Below, in pieces: positions 1-7,938 of a DNA stretch of 23,702 nucleotides. Source of the DNA: Microcoleaceae cyanobacterium. GTDB taxonomy: Bacteria; Cyanobacteriota; Cyanobacteriia; Cyanobacteriales; Microcoleaceae. The DNA lies in contig JBOFUV010000046.1 of NCBI GenBank assembly GCA_051652765.1, positions 1 through 23,702 of the forward strand, in the 5' to 3' direction. The notes beneath the pieces are model-generated. The model saw nothing but the letters and a program-made list of their open reading frames with translations. It did not search any database and had not been told where the DNA came from. The position numbers were made by a program, and so were the translations under genes. Positions within the stretch are counted from its first letter, which is position 1, and every line of letters starts with the position of its first letter.

Positions 1-1
1 T

Positions 2-1663
2 CGAAAAGATCAGGGCCGAAACTGACCAGGGATGTCCAGACAGGGTACGAATCAACTGCCAAGACGCTGTATCCCACAGATGAATGGTGCGGTCTTCACC
101 CCCTGTTGCCAAGATTTCGCCGTTGGGACTGAAGGCGATCGCCCGGACTGAAGCCGTATGCTGAGTCAGGGTGTCAACAAGTTTAAGTCGGGTTAAATCC
201 CACACAGCCACTGTTGAATCGGCACTGGCACTCACGAGAAGCGGATGTGTTGGAGAGAAAGTAACAGCATTCACGGTCAATCGATGTCCTGTCAAGGTGG
301 TGAGGCTTTCGCCCGTTGCAAAATCCCACAGGGTGATGGTTTTGTCGGCACTGCTACTGGCCAGCCTGTATCCATCGGGGCTGAAGGCGAGGGCGTTAAC
401 CCGGCCTTGATGTCCAATCAATCTGCGAACGGATCGGCGTTCTACCAAATCCCAAATCCGAATCGTACCATCCCCCCCGCCACTGACAAGCCTGGTATTC
501 GAATGAGGTGGAAATGCAACGGCTCTAACGGGTTTATCCTGTCCTCCCAGCACTGCAATTTCTGTTGCGGTTTGAACTTGCCAAATTCGCACGGTTCGAT
601 CATCGCTGGCACTGGCTAGGGTGAAACCATCCGGTGAAAATGCCACCCCGTTAATACTGGCAAATAATCCCCCATGACCCTTGAGGGTGGTCTGGCATTG
701 CCCTGTTGCCGGGGGCTTGGGAGGAAGAGTTGTATGGTTCTGCCGTTTGGTCTGGGGCATGGCGGCGATCGCGGCATCTGCTGAGGCCAATCGTTTGCTA
801 AGGGCAGGGGCAATCAATCGGTCTAAAATTTTCCCTAAGTCATCGTGTTCATGGCTCTGGTTGGGCAAACAATCCCGCCAGATCCATTGATTGTTGGTGA
901 AATCGAACAGGTTAAGGGGACGCATCCCAGTCAGCAGATGCAGACAAGTCACCCCTAAACTGTAAAGATCGCTGGCAAATACCGCCTTGCCTGCCAATTG
1001 CTCAGGAGCCGCATATTCAGGGCTTCCCACCACTTTTTCAGGCAAAATCAACGAGGTGGGAGTAACTAATTGGGCTGCTCCAAAATCAACCAGAAACAAG
1101 TCATGTTCAGTGATCTGATGCCCTCGCAGAATCACGGTCTCTGGATTAATATCCCGATGAATCACGCCGTGGGCATGAATATATTGCAGGATCGGCAGCA
1201 GACCACTGAGAATTGTCCAAATCTCTGCGGGACTGAAGGGGCCTCGTTCAATTAGCTCAACCGCCAGCGAGTTTCCGACAATGTACTCCTCAACCCAATA
1301 AAATAATCCCCCCTGTTCAAAACTATCCAGAATTGTGGGAAGTTGGCTATGGGTTCCCAGTTGAGTAAGCTGTTGAATGCCGAGTTGAGACCAAGATCGC
1401 GATCCTTTAACTTGGGCTGCAGGATCGCGATCCTGCCAACATTGTTTCACCACACAGGGAACCATTGGCGTTTGCAATCTATCAATTGCTAGGAAAGTTC
1501 TGCCAAAGCCCCCCTGTCCCATTAACTGCACAGCGATGTACCGCCCTTGCAATTGCAAATCAGCCCCGCAACCGGAGCAGGTTTGTTCCCCAAAGGAATT
1601 GTCAGGATTGGAACAGGCAGGGTTAAAGCAAAGCGCGATCAGTTCAGCGGCTTTCTGGCTCAT
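2..1663 (-). CDS. Hanks-type Ser/Thr protein kinase (possibly pseudokinase) with N-terminal 4-Cys motif and C-terminal WD40 repeats; 3' end outside the window
   Basis: Absent from the ORF track because no stop lies in the window. Manual translation from ATG 1663 gives MSQKAAELIALCFNPAC..CSGCG, GQGGFGRTF, CVVKQ, HRDINPET, LVDFG, GSPEYAAPE and SDLYSLG. WD40 units follow (GH..VAFSPDG..LASASDDRTVRIW; GHQGRVNALAFSPDG..SADKTITLWD). The frame stays open to position 2. Confidence 0.92.
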   Translation of the reverse strand, partial: MSQKAAELIALCFNPACSNPDNSFGEQTCSGCGADLQLQGRYIAVQLMGQGGFGRTFLAIDRLQTPMVPCVVKQCWQDRDPAAQVKGSRSWSQLGIQQLTQLGTHSQLPTILDSFEQGGLFYWVEEYIVGNSLAVELIERGPFSPAEIWTILSGLLPILQYIHAHGVIHRDINPETVILRGHQITEHDLFLVDFGAAQLVTPTSLILPEKVVGSPEYAAPEQLAGKAVFASDLYSLGVTCLHLLTGMRPLNLFDFTNNQWIWRDCLPNQSHEHDDLGKILDRLIAPALSKRLASADAAIAAMPQTKRQNHTTLPPKPPATGQCQTTLKGHGGLFASINGVAFSPDGFTLASASDDRTVRIWQVQTATEIAVLGGQDKPVRAVAFPPHSNTRLVSGGGDGTIRIWDLVERRSVRRLIGHQGRVNALAFSPDGYRLASSSADKTITLWDFATGESLTTLTGHRLTVNAVTFSPTHPLLVSASADSTVAVWDLTRLKLVDTLTQHTASVRAIAFSPNGEILATGGEDRTIHLWDTASWQLIRTLSGHPWSVSALIFS

Positions 1664-3722
1664 GTTCCGGCAATTTGGAACTGTCACTGCTGCCATTCGC
1701 ATGTCCTTGTTTGTTCTGGTTCCATAGCATCATGCCCATCATGGCATCAATCAACCCTGAACTATTGCTGTTGCCGCTGACCGCAACGTCTGGAACAACC
1801 CGGACATTGCGATCGCCCACAACCTGCATCAGTTGCAGAGCTGTATATGCCTGGGCCCCAAGAGCATCAACCCCGGCAACATAGGCATCTGCTTTTGCCT
1901 GCCCCGTGACCCGAATCGCTTCGGCTTCCCCATTGGCTTCTTTCACGCGGGCCGTTGCCTGGAGTTCGGCAATTTTCACTCCCTGATCGGCGGTGACGAC
2001 TTGTTGCTGAATGTCAGCCAAGGCCGTTTCTCGCACCAGTTCTTGCCGTTGGGTCTGAGCCACCCGCTGTACATCATAGGTTTTTTGCTGTTCTTCAGCA
2101 ATCTTGCGATCAGTCAGGGTTTGCATCAGTTCCGGCGGGGGGGTGATTAACCCAATCAGGGTGTCAACCGCTTGGACATCGTAAGCGCGTAATGCCTGTC
2201 GAACATACTCTGCCGCTTCAGCCTGCCGTTCACTGCGAGCCACCAGAAAATCCAGAATCGTGTATTCCTGAGCCGAGTTGCGGAAATAGTTCCCGACGAT
2301 CGGGCGCAAGACATGGTCTACTAGATTTTGCATGGAGCCGAGCCGAGAAATCACCTTGGGGGCATCCAATGCCCCCACATGAATAATCTGAAACACTTCC
2401 AGTTCGTAGGTAAAGCCGTCACAAGAAAGCAACTTCAGCGCACTCAACTTGGAATCGTAGCCGTGTTCGCCGCTGAAGCGGGAGGTAAAGTTCAACACAA
2501 TGTTTGTGGTGGGAACCAGCTCCATTTTCATAATTTGGCTGTTGAGGGGATGTTTGCCGGGATAGAGCGGCTCAACCCAAACGCCCTTGTCGCCCTTATT
2601 CACTAGATTGCCATGGGTAAAGGAGTCGCCACTGACATCTTCATGGGAACCCCCAACGAAGGAAATTACCACCCCAACATAACCAATGGGGACTTCAGTC
2701 ATGGGGACTTGCTGAACCTTGACAAACCAGGGATTCAAATTCCAAGAGCCAGAGAGTACAACCTGTTCCTGCAAGCCCCGACGACCGCCGCGATCCACAA
2801 ACGCTTGGGCTTTTTGAAAGTTATCGTGGTTCAAAATAATTGAACCGGCGATTTCTCCTGTGTCAATTGGCTGGCCATCTAGGGTTGTAACAATGGCAAC
2901 TTTATCCGGCTCAATCGCATAAATATTAAGGCTGTCTGGGTTCATCCCAAATTTTGAGGCAGTGGCAGCGCTGATCACCTCAAACAGGGCGCTATTGATG
3001 CGATAGTTCCCAGCGGTGAGAATGCCCAACTGTCGCCCTTTCTCTCCACCATTCAGGAGAAACTGACGGGCATTTTGAAAGTCTTCGCACTCTACGACTT
3101 TGCCCAAAATTCGATTGGCAGGGATTGTTTGGCCATCCGTGGAGACGACGAGACCAATCTCCCCTTGGGGCACGACGATTACAGGCTCTTTGCGGATATT
3201 GTACTGCCAGGGGAAGTAGCCAAAATGCCAACCGGGAGGCAGGGTATCGGCCTGGAGTCCAGCTTCCCCATTCAAGGCAATCAGTTTTCCGGCGGGTAGA
3301 CTCTTGGCAGAAAACTTTTTGGTAATCACTCCCACTTCTCGCTCTCCAATCACGATCAGTCCGGCAATCCAGCCAATTTTGGGGATGAAAAGAAATAATA
3401 CGGCGATCGCACCAATCGGGTAGACCCACACAGGGAGATTGAATCCTCCCACCTGCAGGAGCTGAATGGTCTGAAGTTCAAGGGTCTGAGGTTGAACTGG
3501 CTGAGGTTGAGGGGGCTGAGTTAGGAGTTCAACAGGACTTGTCTGGGTAGAGCTTATTTGGGTAGAGTTTGTCTGAGCAGAGCTTGTTTGAGCAGAACTG
3601 CTTGAGGCCCCAGCATCGGTGGCAAGCATTGCCAGCAGGGAAACAATCAACGGTAAGCACTGACGAATTCGTGCTGGTCTAACTACTGTTGGTCTAACTA
3701 TTGTTGGTCTTGGTCTAAACAT
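1644..3722 (-). CDS. SPFH/band-7 (flotillin-like) membrane protein with repeated N-terminal subdomains and C-terminal coiled coil
   Basis: 692-aa ORF with a hydrophobic segment (LPVWVYPIGAIAVLFLFIPKIGWIAGLIVI), an SPFH-like core (SCDGFTYELEV..LVDHVLRPIVGNYFRNSAQ) and an A/E/Q-rich tail (EANGEAEAIRVTGQAKADAY). The start codon is uncertain because the N-terminus is low-complexity. Confidence 0.85.
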   Translation of the reverse strand: MFRPRPTIVRPTVVRPARIRQCLPLIVSLLAMLATDAGASSSSAQTSSAQTNSTQISSTQTSPVELLTQPPQPQPVQPQTLELQTIQLLQVGGFNLPVWVYPIGAIAVLFLFIPKIGWIAGLIVIGEREVGVITKKFSAKSLPAGKLIALNGEAGLQADTLPPGWHFGYFPWQYNIRKEPVIVVPQGEIGLVVSTDGQTIPANRILGKVVECEDFQNARQFLLNGGEKGRQLGILTAGNYRINSALFEVISAATASKFGMNPDSLNIYAIEPDKVAIVTTLDGQPIDTGEIAGSIILNHDNFQKAQAFVDRGGRRGLQEQVVLSGSWNLNPWFVKVQQVPMTEVPIGYVGVVISFVGGSHEDVSGDSFTHGNLVNKGDKGVWVEPLYPGKHPLNSQIMKMELVPTTNIVLNFTSRFSGEHGYDSKLSALKLLSCDGFTYELEVFQIIHVGALDAPKVISRLGSMQNLVDHVLRPIVGNYFRNSAQEYTILDFLVARSERQAEAAEYVRQALRAYDVQAVDTLIGLITPPPELMQTLTDRKIAEEQQKTYDVQRVAQTQRQELVRETALADIQQQVVTADQGVKIAELQATARVKEANGEAEAIRVTGQAKADAYVAGVDALGAQAYTALQLMQVVGDRNVRVVPDVAVSGNSNSSGLIDAMMGMMLWNQNKQGHANGSSDSSKLPEHEPESR
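3541..3600 (-). repeat. In-frame ~15-nt tandem repeats encoding SSAQT-SSAQT-NSTQI-SSTQT
   Basis: Four degenerate 15-nt units visible in the DNA and the translation. Confidence 0.8.
3677..3720 (-). repeat. 15-nt tandem repeat GGTCTAACTAYTGTT x2 plus partial copies (RPTIV-RPTVV-RP)
   Basis: Read directly from the sequence. Confidence 0.8.
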
Positions 3723-3907
3723 ACTTTTTACTTTCTATGATAAATCTTGGGAATAAATCTCGGAACGCTTACACAAAACGCTTACATAACTAGATAACAC
3801 TTGGCAAAGCTAAACTTATGAAAATTCGTACAATTCTCAATCTATAAAATTGGCCATCAACTCCTGTTACTTTCTGAAGGGTTGACCTGTTCCTCCTGAT
3901 TATTTCG

Positions 3908-3934
3908 ATAGTTTTAATAGTTTTAATAGTTTTA
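3908..3934. repeat. Perfect 9-bp tandem repeat ATAGTTTTA x3 in the divergent intergenic region
   Basis: Units start at 3908, 3917 and 3926. Confidence 0.9.
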
Positions 3935-4123
3935 AGAGGCGAGCTTGCTGCTATAGATCACGAAGTCAAACTCAATCCTGAGAGGATTGTTGGGTCTCGC
4001 CAACTCGACACCAGCCGACACAACCCACATCAAGTTTGCTCAACTACTAGCACTCTGAACTGGAGTATGGCAAACTTATACTCTAGCTAGCCGTGGTGTG
4101 TATAGTGAACGAGGACATGGGCA

Positions 4124-4966
4124 TTGTTGAGGTTAACCAAGGGGATTGCCCGTAAACGGCAACTTGCAGGCGGTCAATGGTCAATTAAACTGAATCTTCT
4201 AGTCACCCTAGTTCGACGGGATTTAGAAGCACGATACAAAGGATCAATTCTTGGAAATTTGTGGCCTCTCCTCAATCAATTGTCCCAACTGCTGATTTAT
4301 ACCTACGTTTTCTCGGTTGTTCTTCAGGTTAAGCTCGACATTCAGGGAATGCCACAGGATAGTCGAATTGCCTTTGGGCTGTGGCTGTTTGCTGGGTTGC
4401 TCCCATGGCTTGCGTTTACCAATGGACTGGTACAGGCGGCGACTTCTGTTGTCAGTCAGCCAAATCTAGTCAAGAAAGTGGTGTTTCCGCTGGGGTTACT
4501 ACCAATTGTGCCGATCTGTTCCGCATTTATTGAGAGTTTATTTGGCCTGATCGCTCTCGTGGGTTTAATTCTCCTTTCGACTCACACTCTTCCCAGTAAT
4601 CTTTGGCTAATGCCTGTTGTTTGGTTGCCCCAGTTGTTGCTCACAGCAGGTTTAGGGTACTTTACAGCAGGATTAACGGCATTTTTGCGCGATGTGCCCC
4701 AAAGTTTAAGCGTGATTCTGAATCTGTGGTTTTATGTCACTCCCATTGTTTATCCCGCCTTTAAAATTCCTGAAAGTTGGCAACTTTGGGTATTTTGGCT
4801 GAATCCAATGACCGCGATCGTTGAGACTTACCGGGATATTATTTTGGTTGGTGAAATTCAACATTGGGGAGAGTGGGCAATGGCAACCATCGCCTCTATA
4901 GTGATATTCAGTGGGGGATTGTGGGTTTATCGGCGGCTGCGTCCTGCTTTTGCGGATGTGTTGTAA
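4124..4966 (+). CDS. wzm: ABC-2 type polysaccharide exporter permease (Wzm/RfbA family)
   Basis: Motifs RDLEARYKGSILGNLW, NLVKKVVFP, FYVTPIVYP, LNPMT and FADVL, with about 6 hydrophobic helices; sits directly upstream of wzt. The TTG start is uncertain. Confidence 0.92.
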   Translation: MLRLTKGIARKRQLAGGQWSIKLNLLVTLVRRDLEARYKGSILGNLWPLLNQLSQLLIYTYVFSVVLQVKLDIQGMPQDSRIAFGLWLFAGLLPWLAFTNGLVQAATSVVSQPNLVKKVVFPLGLLPIVPICSAFIESLFGLIALVGLILLSTHTLPSNLWLMPVVWLPQLLLTAGLGYFTAGLTAFLRDVPQSLSVILNLWFYVTPIVYPAFKIPESWQLWVFWLNPMTAIVETYRDIILVGEIQHWGEWAMATIASIVIFSGGLWVYRRLRPAFADVL

Positions 4967-4984
4967 GGGAACACGGATAAGAGA

Positions 4985-6394
4985 ATGACTGAGCTTGCAA
5001 TTACAGTCAATACTGTTTCTAAATGTTTTAAGCGGTATCGTCACCCGGTTGACCGACTCAAAGAAATCTTTTGGCCTCATCGGCAACGGGCAGAAACGTT
5101 TTGGGCACTGCGAGAGATTAACCTGCAAATTTTTCGGGGACAAACCTTGGGAATTGTGGGACGCAATGGTTCAGGCAAAAGCACTTTACTTCAAATTATT
5201 GCCGGAACTCTCACGCCAACTTCAGGGTATGTTCAAACCAATGGTCGGATTTCAGCTCTGCTGGAGTTGGGTAGTGGGTTTAATCCTGAATTCACTGGAC
5301 GACAAAATGTGTTTTTCAATGGTCAATTGTTAGGCTTAACCCAATCCGAAATCGAAGCCAAATACGACGACATTGTGGCCTTTGCTGACATTGGGGATTT
5401 TATTGATCAACCCGTAAAAACCTATTCCAGTGGTATGTATGTTCGGTTAGGGTTTGCCGTTGCCACTAGCGTCAATCCGGATATTTTGATTGTAGATGAA
5501 GCCCTTTCTGTGGGGGATGAAGCCTTTCAGCGCAAATGTTTCAGCCGAATTCATGATCTGCAAGATCGGGGGGGAACCATTCTATTTGTCTCCCATGCGG
5601 CCACTTCTGTCACCCAACTGTGTGACAGTGCAATTTTGATGGATCGGGGTGAAATCTTACTAGAACATACCCCCAGGATGATTATTTCTAAGTATCAAAA
5701 AATGATCTACGCTGAGGCCGAGGATGCGGAGCAATTACGAATTGAAATTCGTCAGATGAAATCTTCATTCAACCCTCAACAAATCATTGAAGATATTCAC
5801 TCCCGTCATCAGACTAATGGGTCTTCTACACCTGTTCAATCTCAGCTAGAACCTCCCAAAAATACCCCAAGAAATAACATCTATCATGATCACTATGACC
5901 CCAGCTTAGAACCCGATCATCCGATTCGTTATCCAACCCGAGGCGCAGAAATTTTAGACCCCCATGTGACAACGCCAAATGGTCAGCGGGTAAATCATTT
6001 AATTGCTCGAAAAGCTTACGTGTATACCTACGCCGTGAAATTTTCAAAAGCTGCTTCCCATGTGCGATTTGGGATGTTAATTAAAACCATCAGCGGTTTT
6101 GAACTAGCCGGGGCTTCTTTGCAGGCGAAGTCTCAAGCGTTAAAATATATCGAAGTTGGAACGGAACTCATCGTGGAATTTAAGTTCAAATGTTTGCTAT
6201 CCCCTGATGTTTATTTTCTGAATGCTGGGGTTTCAGGAATTGTCGAGGGGGAGTTTACCTACCTGGATCGGTGTGTTGATGTAGCGATGTTTCGGGTTCA
6301 GCCCTGCGAAGTTTCCTGTAGCACAGCAGTTGTAGATTTGTTAGTTGAACCCAAGCTGACGGTTACATCTGTTTCCCCCGCTGTATTGCCCTAG
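4985..6394 (+). CDS. wzt: Polysaccharide ABC exporter ATP-binding protein with C-terminal Wzt_C-like carbohydrate-binding domain
   Basis: Walker A GRNGSGKST, LLELGSGFNPEFTGRQN, signature YSSGM, Walker B ILIVDE and H-loop VSH. An ~150-aa beta-rich C-terminal extension follows (FGMLIKT..LSPDVYFLNAGV). Confidence 0.93.
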   Translation: MTELAITVNTVSKCFKRYRHPVDRLKEIFWPHRQRAETFWALREINLQIFRGQTLGIVGRNGSGKSTLLQIIAGTLTPTSGYVQTNGRISALLELGSGFNPEFTGRQNVFFNGQLLGLTQSEIEAKYDDIVAFADIGDFIDQPVKTYSSGMYVRLGFAVATSVNPDILIVDEALSVGDEAFQRKCFSRIHDLQDRGGTILFVSHAATSVTQLCDSAILMDRGEILLEHTPRMIISKYQKMIYAEAEDAEQLRIEIRQMKSSFNPQQIIEDIHSRHQTNGSSTPVQSQLEPPKNTPRNNIYHDHYDPSLEPDHPIRYPTRGAEILDPHVTTPNGQRVNHLIARKAYVYTYAVKFSKAASHVRFGMLIKTISGFELAGASLQAKSQALKYIEVGTELIVEFKFKCLLSPDVYFLNAGVSGIVEGEFTYLDRCVDVAMFRVQPCEVSCSTAVVDLLVEPKLTVTSVSPAVLP

Positions 6395-6399
6395 CTGCC

Positions 6400-7893
6400 A
6401 TGAACGCTGCAATGAAATTAGAGTTAAACGTTTTCGTCGAGAACAACCCGATTGTTGAAGTTTTAATTCAAGATTTGGCCCCATCTCCCCATGACTTTAA
6501 GTCCGCGATCGCGGCGGAAGATGAGATGTTTTTGTATCTCCTAGATGAACTTGACGATCGAAACAGTGATCGCGCGTTGCTGGGTTATTTCACATCCGGA
6601 AAAATGATTTTTAGGGCGATCCAACAACTTGTCAAATGGCATTTTGGAGACTTTGACAAAGTTAGTTCATTACTTGATTTTGCTTGTGGTTATGGACGAT
6701 TAACCCGATTTTTGATTCAGGAGGTGTCGCCCGAAAAAATTTGGGTTTCTGATATTTATCCGGAAGCAGTTCAGTTTCAATCTGAATATTTTGGGGTGCA
6801 TGGGGTTCCTTCTGCTGCCAACCCAGACAACTATAATCTAGACCATCAATTCGACTGCATTATTGTCGGATCATTGTTTAGTCATCTGCCGGAGAAAACA
6901 TTCATCTCCTGGATGCAAAAGCTGTATACTCTCCTCAATCCACAGGGACTCCTCATTTTCAGTGTTCTAGGAGAGTCAACGATGCCTGCCCATGTCAAGA
7001 TTGGTTCAGAAGGAATTTTATTTAGTTCAGATAGTAGTGAAAGTCGATCTTTGGACAAGACAGTCTATGGCACAACCTGTGTGACAGAAGCTTTTGTTCG
7101 GCAGGTGATTGAGCAAGTCAGCCAGGGTCACGCCTCGATTCAGCGAATTCCCCAGGGAATGTGCCACTACCAGGATTTTTATGTTGTTTCTCCGTCTCCC
7201 TTAAAACATCCTGAGTCCCTCAACTTTCAGCATCATCCTGAAGGATATTTAGACTATTGTGATGTCACTCCAACTGGAGACATCCATCTTGGGGGTTGGG
7301 CCGTTGACTTTAATGTAAACTGCCCGGTTGATCAGGTTCAAATCTGGTCGCAGGGTCAATTGTTGGCTGAGGCTCACCCCTGTGAGCCTCGCCCAGATCT
7401 CCTAGAACACTTTGGAAATCTCAGTTTACCTTTAAATACAGGGTGGTCGTGTTCATTTCCAGCTCACCCACTCTCGCCGGAAGCAATTATTTTAATCAAG
7501 GCGATTAACACGGCTGGATTTGCCTCTGTCTTGGAAGTGATGCCCCTCAAAACATTGACGGCGCGCAAACAAATGCTGATAGAACTGTCCCAGACACGGG
7601 CCAAACTTCGGCAAACTGAGGGGCATTTAGCAAAAACCCATGGAAATCTAGAGCAAGTTCAGGCTGATTTAAAACACTTTCAAAACGTTCTTGAACAGTC
7701 CCAAACCAAGCTATCTATGACTGAACAGCAATTAGGGGAAACTCAGTTCCAACTGATTTCAACGCAAACCTCCTTAGAAAGGATGAAAAATCAGATTCAG
7801 GCGATGGAAAGCAGTAAGTTTTGGAAATTGCGGACAAAATGGTTTAAACTGAGGCGTGCTCTGGGGTTGTCCGATAATGAGCCAACTGAATAG
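6400..7893 (+). CDS. Class I SAM-dependent methyltransferase with a GW..RxD beta-domain and C-terminal coiled coil (candidate glycan chain terminator)
   Basis: SAM motif I LLDFACGYGRLTRFL and SLFSHLP; Q/L heptads at about aa 390-470 ending in MESSKFWKLRTKW. The terminator role is inference. Confidence 0.82.
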   Translation: MNAAMKLELNVFVENNPIVEVLIQDLAPSPHDFKSAIAAEDEMFLYLLDELDDRNSDRALLGYFTSGKMIFRAIQQLVKWHFGDFDKVSSLLDFACGYGRLTRFLIQEVSPEKIWVSDIYPEAVQFQSEYFGVHGVPSAANPDNYNLDHQFDCIIVGSLFSHLPEKTFISWMQKLYTLLNPQGLLIFSVLGESTMPAHVKIGSEGILFSSDSSESRSLDKTVYGTTCVTEAFVRQVIEQVSQGHASIQRIPQGMCHYQDFYVVSPSPLKHPESLNFQHHPEGYLDYCDVTPTGDIHLGGWAVDFNVNCPVDQVQIWSQGQLLAEAHPCEPRPDLLEHFGNLSLPLNTGWSCSFPAHPLSPEAIILIKAINTAGFASVLEVMPLKTLTARKQMLIELSQTRAKLRQTEGHLAKTHGNLEQVQADLKHFQNVLEQSQTKLSMTEQQLGETQFQLISTQTSLERMKNQIQAMESSKFWKLRTKWFKLRRALGLSDNEPTE

Positions 7894-7938
7894 AAAGACT
7901 GTGGGAAGAATGGAGCAATTCGGAAGAGGATAGGCACG

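Noticed and set aside
171..3429. Short ORFs of the track in 171-3429 (e.g. 245..619, 616..813, 1070..1255, 2992..3429)
   Set aside because: They are antisense or off-frame shadows of the kinase-WD40 and SPFH genes and have no recognisable motifs.
3973..3989. Inverted repeat CAATCCT-GAG-AGGATTG upstream of wzm
   Set aside because: The 7-bp arms could be chance, and it matches no operator or JUMPstart/ops element that I recognise.
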